A DNA stretch of 40,286 nt from a virus. Taxonomy: Duplodnaviria; Heunggongvirae; Uroviricota; Caudoviricetes. The notes below the pieces were generated by a model that saw nothing but the letters and a program-made list of their open reading frames with translations, made no database searches and was not told where the DNA came from. Every line of letters starts with the position of its first letter. Within the stretch, counting starts at the first letter, position 1. The stretch covers positions 1-40,286 of the IMG/VR virus record IMGVR_UViG_2541047822_000001; one strand, given 5' to 3'. A program made the position numbers and the translations under genes. This document shows positions 8,272-16,590 of this stretch, piece by piece.

Positions 8272-9213
8272 ATGAGCACTAAATTAACCGGCTATGTATG
8301 GGATGGTTGCGCTGCATCAGGCATGAAATTATCCAGCGTGGCAATTATGGCCCGCCTGGCTGATTTCAGTAATGACGAAGGTGTGTGCTGGCCATCAATT
8401 GAAACTATTGCCCGTCAGATTGGCGCGGGGATGAGTACCGTCAGGACGGCTATCGCACGGCTGGAAGCAGAAGGCTGGTTAACGCGTAAGGCGCGTAGCC
8501 AGGGTAACCGCAATGCGTCGAATGTTTATCAGCTTAACGTTGCGAAGCTTCAGGCAGCGGCATTTTCTCAACTGTCAGATTCTGACCCGTCAAAATCTGA
8601 CGCATCAAAATCTGACCCGTCAAAATTTGATGCGTCGAAATCTGGCAAAAAAGCGGGTTTTCACCCGTCAGAATCTGGCGGGGATCCGTCAGTAAAATCA
8701 AAACATGATCCGTCAGATAAAAAACCTTCTCGTCCGGACGCTTCGCAACCGGACACGCAGACGGATGAACAGGATTTTTTAACTCGCCATCCTGATGCGG
8801 TTGTATTCAGCCCTAAAAAGCGCCAGTGGGGAACGCAGGATGATTTGACCTGCGCACAGTGGCTCTGGAAAAAAATCATCGCCCTGTACGAGCAAGCCGC
8901 CGAATGTGACGGCGAGGTGGTTCGTCCCAAAGAACCGAACTGGACAGCCTGGGCAAACGAAATTCGCCTGATGTGTGTGCAGGATGGTCGTACTCACAAA
9001 CAAATCTGCGAGATGTACAGCCACGTCAGCCGCGATCCGTTCTGGTGCCGTAACGTGCTCAGCCCGTCGAAGTTGCGGGAAAAATGGGATGAGCTTTCCC
9101 TGCGCTTATCACCGTCCGTCAGCACGTACACCGAAAAACGCGAAGACCCGTACTTCAAATCCAGTTACGACAACGTGGACTACAGCCAGATCCCGGCAGG
9201 ATTCAGGGGGTGA
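8272..9213 (+). CDS. replication initiator (HTH replication protein, lambda-O-like role) with internal origin repeats
   Basis: N-terminal HTH (...CWPSIETIARQIGAGMSTVRTAIARLEAEGWL...) followed by a repeat-encoded low-complexity linker (SDSDPSKSDASKSDPSKFDASKSG); GAGGT Shine-Dalgarno. Confidence 0.8.
   Translation: MSTKLTGYVWDGCAASGMKLSSVAIMARLADFSNDEGVCWPSIETIARQIGAGMSTVRTAIARLEAEGWLTRKARSQGNRNASNVYQLNVAKLQAAAFSQLSDSDPSKSDASKSDPSKFDASKSGKKAGFHPSESGGDPSVKSKHDPSDKKPSRPDASQPDTQTDEQDFLTRHPDAVVFSPKKRQWGTQDDLTCAQWLWKKIIALYEQAAECDGEVVRPKEPNWTAWANEIRLMCVQDGRTHKQICEMYSHVSRDPFWCRNVLSPSKLREKWDELSLRLSPSVSTYTEKREDPYFKSSYDNVDYSQIPAGFRG
8573..8725 (+). repeat. iteron-like direct repeats (putative replication origin) inside the initiator gene
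   Basis: About seven tandem ~15-bp units of the form TCA(A/G)AATCTGAC(C/G)CG between 8573 and 8725, then an A-rich tract. Mirrors lambda, where ori iterons lie within O. Confidence 0.6.
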
Positions 9214-9215
9214 TC

Positions 9216-9704
9216 ATGAGTCTTTTGAATGACGTTCAGAAATTCATTGAAGCCCATCCGGGGTGTACTTCCGGAGACATTGCGGATGCTTTTGCAGGTT
9301 ACTCACGGCAGCGCGTTCTGCAGTCAGCAAGCAAGTTACGTCAGAGTGGGCGTGTGGCTCACCGTTGTGAAGGGGATACACGCAGACATTTCCCGCGCCA
9401 GACAGAGATATCGCAGGAGGCGGAACCGCAACCAGTTCGTGAAACCAGACCTGTGCGCAATTTCTATGTCGGCACTAACGATCCCCGGGTGATTTTGTGC
9501 CTGACCCGCCAGGCGGAAGAACTGGAGTCGAGGGGCTTATACCGTCGTGCTGCAACCGTGTGGATGGCGGCATTCCGTGAAAGCCACTCCCAGCCAGAGC
9601 GAAACAATTTTCTTGCGCGTCGTGAGCGGTGTTTACGGAAAAGCAGCAAGCGCGCTGTACCGGGTGATGAGTGGTATCTGTCAGGGAATTACGTGGGGGC
9701 TTAA
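9216..9704 (+). CDS. hypothetical protein with PerC-like C-terminal region
   Basis: ATG at 9216 (AGGGGG Shine-Dalgarno) overlaps the upstream stop. C-terminal ...AEELESRGLYRRAATVWMAAFRESHSQPERNNFLARRERCLRK resembles the PerC/Pch activator motif as I remember it. Confidence 0.55.
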   Translation: MSLLNDVQKFIEAHPGCTSGDIADAFAGYSRQRVLQSASKLRQSGRVAHRCEGDTRRHFPRQTEISQEAEPQPVRETRPVRNFYVGTNDPRVILCLTRQAEELESRGLYRRAATVWMAAFRESHSQPERNNFLARRERCLRKSSKRAVPGDEWYLSGNYVGA

Positions 9705-10357
9705 TGAGTAATAAATATTGCCAGGCGCTGGTCGAACTGCGGAACAAACCAGCCCATGAACTGAAGGAAGTGGGCGATCAGTGGCGCACGCCGGATAACA
9801 TTTTCTTGGGAATTAACACCCTGTTTGGCCCGTTTGTTCTGGATCTGTTCACTGACGGTGATAACGCCAAATGTGCCGCGTATTACACGGCGGAAGACAA
9901 CGCGCTGGCGCATGACTGGTCAGAACGTCTTGCGGAGCTTAAAGGTGCTGCCTTTGGTAATCCCCCATACAGCCGCGCCAGTCAGCATGAGGGGCAATAC
10001 ATCACCGGCATGCGTTACATCATGAAGCATGCCAGTGCCATGCGTGATAAAGGCGGGCGCTATGTTTTCCTGATCAAAGCTGCCACCAGCGAAGTGTGGT
10101 GGCCGGAAGATGCAGATCATATTGCTTTTATTCGCGGGCGTATTGGTTTTGAACTGCCTGTCTGGTTTATCCCGAAAGACGAGAAGCAGGTACCGACAGG
10201 CGCTTTCTTCGCTGGTGCTATTGCTGTTTTCGACAAGACCTGGAAGGGACCGGCAATCAGCTACATCGGGCGCGATGAACTTGAGGCATGTGGTGAGGCC
10301 TTTCTGGCGCAGGTTCGCCAGCAGGCGGAAAAACTGGTCAGGGAGATGGCGGCATGA
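9704..10357 (+). CDS. phage N6-adenine DNA methyltransferase (Dam-like)
   Basis: Catalytic NPPY motif (AAFGNPPYSRA) and overall phage_N6A_met-like sequence; ATG at 9704 overlaps the upstream stop (TAATG). Confidence 0.85.
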   Translation: MSNKYCQALVELRNKPAHELKEVGDQWRTPDNIFLGINTLFGPFVLDLFTDGDNAKCAAYYTAEDNALAHDWSERLAELKGAAFGNPPYSRASQHEGQYITGMRYIMKHASAMRDKGGRYVFLIKAATSEVWWPEDADHIAFIRGRIGFELPVWFIPKDEKQVPTGAFFAGAIAVFDKTWKGPAISYIGRDELEACGEAFLAQVRQQAEKLVREMAA

Positions 10358-10680
10358 CGACGTTAACTCAATGCCAGCAGCAGGTGCTGGATATGCTGAT
10401 TTCTTACCAGAAAGAGCGTGGCTTTCCGCCAACCAATCAGGAGGTGGCAACCATGCTGGGATATCGTTCAGTGAATGCAGCGGTGGAGCATCTTCGCGCA
10501 CTGGAGAAAAAAGGCGTCATCACGATAAAGCGTGGTGTGGCCCGGGGGATAACGCTTCATACCGCGGTGAAGGACGACGACAGCGAGGCGGTCGGGATTA
10601 TCCGCTCACTGCTTGCCGGTGAGGAAAACGCCAGGCTGCGTGCAGCCCACTGGTTACATGAGAGGGGTCTGAAAGTATGA
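10354..10680 (+). CDS. LexA N-terminal DNA-binding-domain-only protein
   Basis: LTQCQQQVLDMLISYQKERGFPPTNQEVATMLGYRSVNAAVEHLRALEKKGVI matches the LexA winged-helix N-domain (LT.RQ.EVL..I......G.PPT..EIA..LG..S.NAA..HL.AL..KG.I); no S24 protease domain follows. Confidence 0.7.
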   Translation: MTTLTQCQQQVLDMLISYQKERGFPPTNQEVATMLGYRSVNAAVEHLRALEKKGVITIKRGVARGITLHTAVKDDDSEAVGIIRSLLAGEENARLRAAHWLHERGLKV

Positions 10681-11066
10681 AGCTGATCCTGCCTTTCCCG
10701 CCCAGCGTGAACACGTACTGGCGACACCCCAACAAAGGGGCGTTTGCAGGTAAGAGCCTGATAAGCGCGGCGGGGCGCAAATTCCAGAGCGCGGCGTGTG
10801 CAGCAATAGTTGAGCAGTTACGTCGTCTGCCAAAACCAACGTCGGCACCTGCTTCAGTGGAGATCGTGTTGTTTCCTCCGGATAACCGGATCCGCGATCT
10901 GGACAACTATAACAAGGCGCTGTTTGACGCCCTGACCCACGCGGGTGTGTGGGAAGACGACAGTCAGGTGAAAAGAATGCTGGTGGAGTGGGGACCGGTT
11001 ATCCCGGAAGGGAAGGTCGAGATCACTATCAGTAAGTACGAGAAAACGGCGGGTGCAGCCGCCTGA
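10677..11066 (+). CDS. rusA: Holliday-junction resolvase RusA
   Basis: MKLILPFPPSVNTYW... is the characteristic RusA N-terminus; size and catalytic Asp-containing C-terminal region fit. Confidence 0.9.
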   Translation: MKLILPFPPSVNTYWRHPNKGAFAGKSLISAAGRKFQSAACAAIVEQLRRLPKPTSAPASVEIVLFPPDNRIRDLDNYNKALFDALTHAGVWEDDSQVKRMLVEWGPVIPEGKVEITISKYEKTAGAAA

Positions 11067-11085
11067 GCAAGAGGAGAAACGAAGT

Positions 11086-11895
11086 ATGAATAATCTGATG
11101 GTCATTGATGGTATTGAAGTTCGTCGTGATGCTTATGGGCGTTACAGCCTGAACGATCTGCACAGGGCAGCCGGGGGAGAACAAAAAAACCGCCCGAAAT
11201 ACTGGCTCTCCAATAAGCAAACCTGTGAATTGATTGAACAACTTTTCACCGAGGGTGGAATTCCGCCTCTGGAACAAAATCAACCAGTTAGCGTCATTAA
11301 TGGCGGAAATAACCAGGGGACGTATGTCTGCAAAGAACTGGTGTATGCCTATGCAATGTGGATCAGCCCGTCATTCCATCTGAAGGTGATCCGTACTTTC
11401 GATATGGTAACCAGCGCATCGGAAAAATTATCCGGGCAGGCTGCTGACAAGATGCAGGCTGGAGTGATTCTGCTGGACTTTATGCGCAGGGAGTTAAACC
11501 TGTCTAACTCTTCAGTGCTTGGTGCCTGTCAGAAACTCCAGGAGGCTGTTGGCTTACCGAATCTGGCACCGCGCTATGCCATTGATGCTCCTGCTGATGC
11601 ACACGATGGCTCAAGTCGCCCGACACTGTCACTGAGTGCACTGCTGAAACAGTATGGTATCCGCCTGACGGCTAATCAGGCATATCACCAGATGGTGAAA
11701 CTGGGGATCGTCGAGCAGCGCGAACGATACAGCCGTACCGCGATTAACAACATCAAAAAATTCTGGTCGCTGACAGCGAAAGGTTGCATGTACGGCAAGA
11801 ACATCACCAGTCCCGCAAATCCGCGCGAGACGCAGCCGCATTTCTTCGAATCCCGATTCCCTGAGCTGTTAAAGCTGCTCGATACCGTTCATTGA
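11086..11895 (+). CDS. KilA-N domain protein (antirepressor-like)
   Basis: ATG at 11086 with GAGGAG Shine-Dalgarno; N-terminus MNNLMVIDGIEVRRDAYGRYSLNDLHRAAGGEQKNRPKYWL... fits KilA-N. Confidence 0.8.
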   Translation: MNNLMVIDGIEVRRDAYGRYSLNDLHRAAGGEQKNRPKYWLSNKQTCELIEQLFTEGGIPPLEQNQPVSVINGGNNQGTYVCKELVYAYAMWISPSFHLKVIRTFDMVTSASEKLSGQAADKMQAGVILLDFMRRELNLSNSSVLGACQKLQEAVGLPNLAPRYAIDAPADAHDGSSRPTLSLSALLKQYGIRLTANQAYHQMVKLGIVEQRERYSRTAINNIKKFWSLTAKGCMYGKNITSPANPRETQPHFFESRFPELLKLLDTVH

Positions 11896-11896
11896 G

Positions 11897-12892
11897 GTGA
11901 CCGTGAGAGCACTACTGACCCCTGAAATTGCCCCGCGTATGGGGATCGTATTGTTCAGGCCAGGTTCAGAGCTGATGCCCCTGTTTATGCAGGGGCGTGT
12001 CCTGCTGGAGCCTGAGCCGGAGCGTTATTCATCTTTCGCCAGTGGTGCCGTTCCGGCAGCATCACAACCGCTGGCGGATGATCCTGCCGTTCGGGCCGTG
12101 TTCCGCAATGAGGCAGTGATCCGTCGTGCTGGTGGCGTGGAATGTCTTGAAAGCTGGTTACTTCGTGAAAAAGGCTGCCAGTGGCCTCATTCCGACTGGC
12201 ACAGCGAGAACATGACCACAATGCGGCACGCGCCGGGCGCAATCCGTCTGTGCTGGCACTGCGATAACCAGTTGCGCGATCAGTTCACGGAACGGCTGGA
12301 ATCAATGGCAACGGATAACTGTGCCCGCTGGGTGTTATCTGTTGTGCGCCGTGATCTCGGTTTTGATGATAGTCACGTTGTGACAATGCCGGAACTGTGC
12401 TGGTGGCTGGTTCGTAATGACCTGGCGGATGCCTTACCGGAAAGTGCAGCCCGTAAGGCACTGAGATTACCGAAGCCTGTTGTGCCGTCTGTTACCCGGG
12501 AAAGTGACCTTGTGCCTTCGGTTCCTGCCACCAGCATCATCCAGGATAAAGCGAAAAAGGTGCTGGCGCTGAAAGTGGATCCGGAGTCGCCGGAGTCTTT
12601 TATGTTACGCCCAAAACGTCGCCGCTGGGTTAATGAAAAGTACACGCGCTGGGTTAAGACACAGCCGTGTGCATGTTGTGGAAAGCCTGCTGATGATCCC
12701 CACCACCTGATAGGTCACGGTCAGGGTGGAATGGGAACAAAAGCGCATGACCTCTTTGTGTTGCCTTTGTGCAGAAAGCATCACGACGAGCTGCATGCGG
12801 ATACCGTGGCATTTGAAGAGAAGTATGGCTCCCAGCTGGAGCTGATATTTCGTTTTATCGATCGTGCGCTGGCAATAGGCGTACTGGCGTAA
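11897..12892 (+). CDS. DUF968 domain protein
   Basis: C-terminal Cys/His cluster RWVKTQPCACCGKPADDPHHLIGHGQGGMGTKAHDLFVLPLCRKHHDELH is typical of DUF968 proteins found in lambdoid prophages. Confidence 0.8.
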   Translation: MTVRALLTPEIAPRMGIVLFRPGSELMPLFMQGRVLLEPEPERYSSFASGAVPAASQPLADDPAVRAVFRNEAVIRRAGGVECLESWLLREKGCQWPHSDWHSENMTTMRHAPGAIRLCWHCDNQLRDQFTERLESMATDNCARWVLSVVRRDLGFDDSHVVTMPELCWWLVRNDLADALPESAARKALRLPKPVVPSVTRESDLVPSVPATSIIQDKAKKVLALKVDPESPESFMLRPKRRRWVNEKYTRWVKTQPCACCGKPADDPHHLIGHGQGGMGTKAHDLFVLPLCRKHHDELHADTVAFEEKYGSQLELIFRFIDRALAIGVLA

Positions 12893-12905
12893 GTGGAGAA
12901 CGAGC

Positions 12906-13658
12906 ATGAACCTTGAAGCCTTACCAAAATATTACTCCCCAAAATCTCCAAAATTGAGTGATGACGCACCGGCGACAGGCTCGGGTGGTTTAACAATTAC
13001 AGATGTGATGGCTGCGCAGGGGATGGTGCAGTCGAAAGCACCGCTTGGGTTTGCCTTATTCCTGGCAAAAGTTGGTGTTCAGGATCCTCAGTTTGCGATT
13101 GAAGGTCTGCTCAATTACGCGATGGCACTGGATAACCCGACATTGAATAAATTGAGTGAAGAAACCCGGCTACAGATCATTCCTTACCTTGTGAATTTTG
13201 CCTTTGCTGATTATTCCAGATCTGCGGCAAGTAAGGCTCGCTGTGAGCATTGTGCAGGTACGGGATTTCATAATGTATTGCGCGAAGTGGTGAAACACTC
13301 CAGAAACGGGGAATCTGTTATCAAGGAAGAGTGGGTGAAGGAACTATGTCAGCATTGTCATGGTAAGGGAGAAGTCAGCACAGCGTGCAGAGGGTGTAAG
13401 GGTAAAGGTATTGTCCTGGATGAAAAAAGAACCCGGCTTCATGGCATGCCTGTTTATAAGATTTGTGGGCGTTGCAATGGAAACCGGTTTAGCCGTTTAC
13501 CAACCACACTGGCGCGGCATCATGTCCAGAAGCTGGTACCAGACCTGACGGATTATCAGTGGTACAAAGGATATGCAGATGTCATTGATAAACTGGTGAC
13601 AAAGTGCTGGCAGGAAGAAGCATATGCTGAGGCGCAATTAAGAAAAGTGACGAGATAA
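12906..13658 (+). CDS. late-gene antiterminator Q-like protein
   Basis: Cys-rich zinc-finger region (CEHCAGTG...CQHCHGKG...CRGCKGKG...CGRCNGN) and position just upstream of the late/lysis genes, followed by a promoter-plus-terminator arrangement. Confidence 0.65.
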   Translation: MNLEALPKYYSPKSPKLSDDAPATGSGGLTITDVMAAQGMVQSKAPLGFALFLAKVGVQDPQFAIEGLLNYAMALDNPTLNKLSEETRLQIIPYLVNFAFADYSRSAASKARCEHCAGTGFHNVLREVVKHSRNGESVIKEEWVKELCQHCHGKGEVSTACRGCKGKGIVLDEKRTRLHGMPVYKICGRCNGNRFSRLPTTLARHHVQKLVPDLTDYQWYKGYADVIDKLVTKCWQEEAYAEAQLRKVTR

Positions 13659-13689
13659 ATGATTTTCGCCGAATATAGCGACATGATTC

Positions 13690-13718
13690 TTGCATTTTTC
13701 AAAAAATCTGGTTAGGAT
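13690..13718 (+). promoter_or_regulatory. candidate late promoter (pR'-like)
   Basis: TTGCAT (13690..13695), 17-nt spacer, TAGGAT (13713..13718), about 30 nt after Q and ~50 nt before a terminator hairpin. Hexamer match only. Confidence 0.3.
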
Positions 13719-13768
13719 TTTCCTAACGATGGGCTTTGTATGTCTGCCGTTAACGAAATCATAACAAA

Positions 13769-13789
13769 CCTCGCTTCGGCGGGGTTTTT
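13769..13789 (+). terminator. intrinsic terminator (tR'-like)
   Basis: CCTCGC-TTCG-GCGGGG hairpin (one G-U pair, UUCG tetraloop) followed by TTTTT. Confidence 0.55.
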
Positions 13790-14130
13790 GCTTTTCTGGA
13801 GGGTAAGAAAATGCACCAGTAAACGGATAGACCGCAGCCGATAGGCAAATCCGCAGTCGTGATGCGGTCCCGAGTCTCCATGAGAGCCAGATGCAGGTAC
13901 GAACTGCAACACACACTGGTTAGGGTTAATAAAGAAGAGGTGTGCCGGTACTCCAGAACGATCGCCAATCGTTCTCCGGTTAGAGGTGAGGGATTCATGA
14001 GATACCCCTGACTACGGTCTCAAAGGCATGAGCGCGGCCACTGCGAGAGTGTGGTAAGCAACAGAATAGTAATTCACAGGCCCCTTATGTAAATGCTATA
14101 AAAGCGGACTATTGAAAAGGAGAGTTCGCT

Positions 14131-14772
14131 ATGTCAAAAACCTTTGAGCAAATGAAACTTAATTTTATTTATTTGCACGAATTATGGTTGTTAACTCATT
14201 CGATAAAAACACGCTGTGAAGAGCTCTTTCATGAGACACCACTTCCTGATGCTGGTTACTACTTTAAAATTGATTACAATATTCATATATTAATAAATAG
14301 CATTCTTTCAGATGCGGCTAACGTCAAGAAACTAATCGCAGTTCCTAAAAATAAGACTAGGGAAGAATCCCCTGAACAATTCAGATTGCATATTGAGCGA
14401 AGTAATTACCTTCAACAAAAAATAAAAGATATTGAAATTAAGGAAATTAATTCCGTGAGGGTGAGAAACACCTTGCAACACTTCGATGAGTATTTAGATC
14501 AGCTAAACATTGATGTTACAGCAGGGAAGATGAAAGGTCATGGTATTGCAGTTTATAATTTTGTGATCTCCCACTGGAAGGCAATCAACCCTAGGCCATA
14601 TCCGATAAGGTTATATGTTTGTGAGGAAAAAACATACTATAATATGAAGGCGTCAATTAACTTAGAAAAAGTTTACAATGAGGCTTTTCAGGTTAATGAG
14701 GTAATCCGTAAAGAAATAAATAAAGAAGCTGGTGCAGAGCCTGGTAGCTTTATGGTTCCTTTAAACTTTTAA
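14131..14772 (+). CDS. AT-rich moron protein, unknown function (213 aa; possible HEPN-like R-x4-H motif)
   Basis: AAGGAG Shine-Dalgarno; strongly AT-rich; sits between Q and the holin where lambdoid phages carry cargo; own terminator immediately downstream. Contains RNTLQH, an R-x4-H pattern. Confidence 0.75.
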   Translation: MSKTFEQMKLNFIYLHELWLLTHSIKTRCEELFHETPLPDAGYYFKIDYNIHILINSILSDAANVKKLIAVPKNKTREESPEQFRLHIERSNYLQQKIKDIEIKEINSVRVRNTLQHFDEYLDQLNIDVTAGKMKGHGIAVYNFVISHWKAINPRPYPIRLYVCEEKTYYNMKASINLEKVYNEAFQVNEVIRKEINKEAGAEPGSFMVPLNF

Positions 14773-14792
14773 ACTTTATAATTCTATTAACT

Positions 14793-14816
14793 GCCCCGTA
14801 ATAGCGGGGCTTTTTT
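14793..14816 (+). terminator. rho-independent terminator of the moron
   Basis: GCCCCG-TAATAG-CGGGGC hairpin followed by TTTTTT, 20 nt after the stop codon. Confidence 0.8.
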
Positions 14817-14932
14817 ATTTCAGGATCACGGGAATCATCCGTTACGTGCTTTGTTGATATATCCAGCCCGTGAAGCCTGAGCCTATTTCCCCTCATACCT
14901 GAGAGGACTCACAGCAATTAAGAGGGGGCTAA

Positions 14933-15319
14933 ATGTCCGATCCGATTTCCGGTACTGGGCTGGCTGGTGGTGCCCTGACGGGTGCCAGTGTTTATGGACT
15001 GCTGACCGGAACTGATTACGGCGTTGTATTTGGCGCATTTGCAGGGGCTGTATTCTACATAGCAACAGCAGCAGATCTGAGTGCATCGCGCCGACTGGCA
15101 TATTTTATCGTGTCATATATTGCCGGGATTCTTTGCTCTGGGTTGGTTGGCTCCAAGCTGGCGAACTTGACCGGATACAGTGATAAACCTCTGGATGCTA
15201 TTGGTGCCGTAATCGTCTCTGCTTTAGCCGTTAAAATCCTGACGTTCCTGAATAATCAGGATATCGGCTCGCTGGTGGCGCTCATAACGCGCCGGGGAGG
15301 TTCAGGTGGAGCTAAATGA
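14933..15319 (+). CDS. putative holin
   Basis: 128-aa Gly/Ala-rich membrane protein with 2–3 predicted transmembrane segments, first gene of the lysis cluster. Confidence 0.6.
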   Translation: MSDPISGTGLAGGALTGASVYGLLTGTDYGVVFGAFAGAVFYIATAADLSASRRLAYFIVSYIAGILCSGLVGSKLANLTGYSDKPLDAIGAVIVSALAVKILTFLNNQDIGSLVALITRRGGSGGAK

Positions 15320-15587
15320 CCCGACAGCAACTATAAATGCGCTGTTATGTGCTTGTGTTGTTATTACTCTGATGTTTTATCGTCGTGGTGATTCGCGGCA
15401 TCGTCCTTGGGTTTCACGTTTAGCCTGGCTGATTACTGTTACATACAGTGCTGTTCCGTTGGCCTATCTCTGTGGGATTTATCCCCATTCCTCATGGCCC
15501 ATTATCGTGGCGAACACTATTTTTCTTTCCGTGCTGGTGGCCGTCAGAGGCAACGTTGCACGTCTGATTGATCATCTGAGGCACTAA
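15306..15587 (+). CDS. putative holin/antiholin-like membrane protein
   Basis: 93 aa with hydrophobic segments; GTG start with GGAGG Shine-Dalgarno; overlaps the preceding gene and abuts the endolysin. Confidence 0.55.
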   Translation: MELNDPTATINALLCACVVITLMFYRRGDSRHRPWVSRLAWLITVTYSAVPLAYLCGIYPHSSWPIIVANTIFLSVLVAVRGNVARLIDHLRH

Positions 15588-16201
15588 TGAACCAACAATT
15601 ATTTCAAAAGGCGGCTGGTATTAGCGCCGAACTGGCTGCGCGCTGGTTTCCGCATATTGATGCGGCGATGAAGGAATTCGGCATTACAGCACCAGCGGAT
15701 CAGGCAATGTTTATCGCTCAGATAGGCCATGAGTCGATGGGGTTTAGCGCCGTAGTTGAAAATTTTAACTACACACCATCTGCGCTGGTGGCGACGTTCG
15801 GAAAGAGGATCACACAGCAGCAGGCTGATGCCCTTGGCAGAACATCCGGACATGCAGCTCGTCAGGATGCTATTGCCAATCTGGTGTATAGCAACCGACT
15901 GGGTAACAAAGCACCAGGTGATGGCTGGAAATATCGTGGTAGAGGATTAATTCAAATCACAGGCCTCCATAATTATCGCATCTGTGGCGCGGCGCTGAAG
16001 TTAGATCTGGTGACTTCACCTGAACAACTGGAACAGGAACTACAGGCGGCGCGCTCAGCTGCATGGTTCTACACCTCTAAAGGCTGCATGATCTACGGTG
16101 CCGATATTAACCGTGTTACGCGCATTATTAACGGCGGTCTGAACGGTATTGAGGATCGTAAGGTCCGATACAACAGGGCGCGGGCGGTGCTGCTGGTATG
16201 A
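15587..16201 (+). CDS. endolysin (GH19 chitinase-like lysozyme)
   Basis: Motifs QIGHESMGF ... GRGLIQITG..NY typical of GH19-type phage endolysins; TAATG overlap with the upstream gene. Confidence 0.85.
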   Translation: MNQQLFQKAAGISAELAARWFPHIDAAMKEFGITAPADQAMFIAQIGHESMGFSAVVENFNYTPSALVATFGKRITQQQADALGRTSGHAARQDAIANLVYSNRLGNKAPGDGWKYRGRGLIQITGLHNYRICGAALKLDLVTSPEQLEQELQAARSAAWFYTSKGCMIYGADINRVTRIINGGLNGIEDRKVRYNRARAVLLV

Positions 16202-16590
16202 AGATAAGTTATTTGGCGCTCATTTTAACGTTTATTGCTTGTGTTGCTGGTGGTCTTGTCTGGTCAGCGAATCACTATTATGGAAAGTTTCTGGAGGAGC
16301 AGAAGCGTGCTGACGCTGCGGAACAGCGAGCTGATTCTACTGAGGCTATCACCGAGAATGTTCTGCGTACTATGGCAATAACGAACATCATTCAGGAGGC
16401 GAATCAACATGCAAAACAGCAGATCGCACTGGAGTCACAGAGAACCCAGGAAGATATCAAAGTGGCTATTGCGAATGATGATTGCGCTTCACGTCCTGTG
16501 CCTGCTACCGCTGCTGACCGGTTGCGGAAGTACGCGGACAGTTTACGTGAATACACCGGCGGTACTACTGCCAACCAGCCTGACTTCTGA
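16198..16590 (+). CDS. i-spanin (Rz-like)
   Basis: N-terminal signal-anchor (MKISYLALILTFIACVAGGLVW) followed by a charged helical periplasmic domain; ATGA overlap with the endolysin stop. Confidence 0.75.
   Translation: MKISYLALILTFIACVAGGLVWSANHYYGKFLEEQKRADAAEQRADSTEAITENVLRTMAITNIIQEANQHAKQQIALESQRTQEDIKVAIANDDCASRPVPATAADRLRKYADSLREYTGGTTANQPDF

Noticed and set aside
8573-8725. Short tandem repeats that could look like a CRISPR array
   Set aside because: Units are ~15 bp with no repeat-spacer alternation of CRISPR size, lie inside a coding sequence, and translate into a coherent peptide; they are replication-origin iterons.
13800-14130. tRNA genes downstream of Q, as in Stx phages
   Set aside because: No segment folds into a cloverleaf with a GTTCGA-type T-loop and matching acceptor stem; only isolated hairpins (for example the AGAACGAT...ATCGTTCT repeat near 13950..13972).
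14131-14772. Shiga-toxin-like or other AB toxin in the Q-to-lysis cargo slot
   Set aside because: Single gene, no signal peptide, no A/B subunit pair, and no resemblance to Stx sequences I recall; annotated as an unknown moron.
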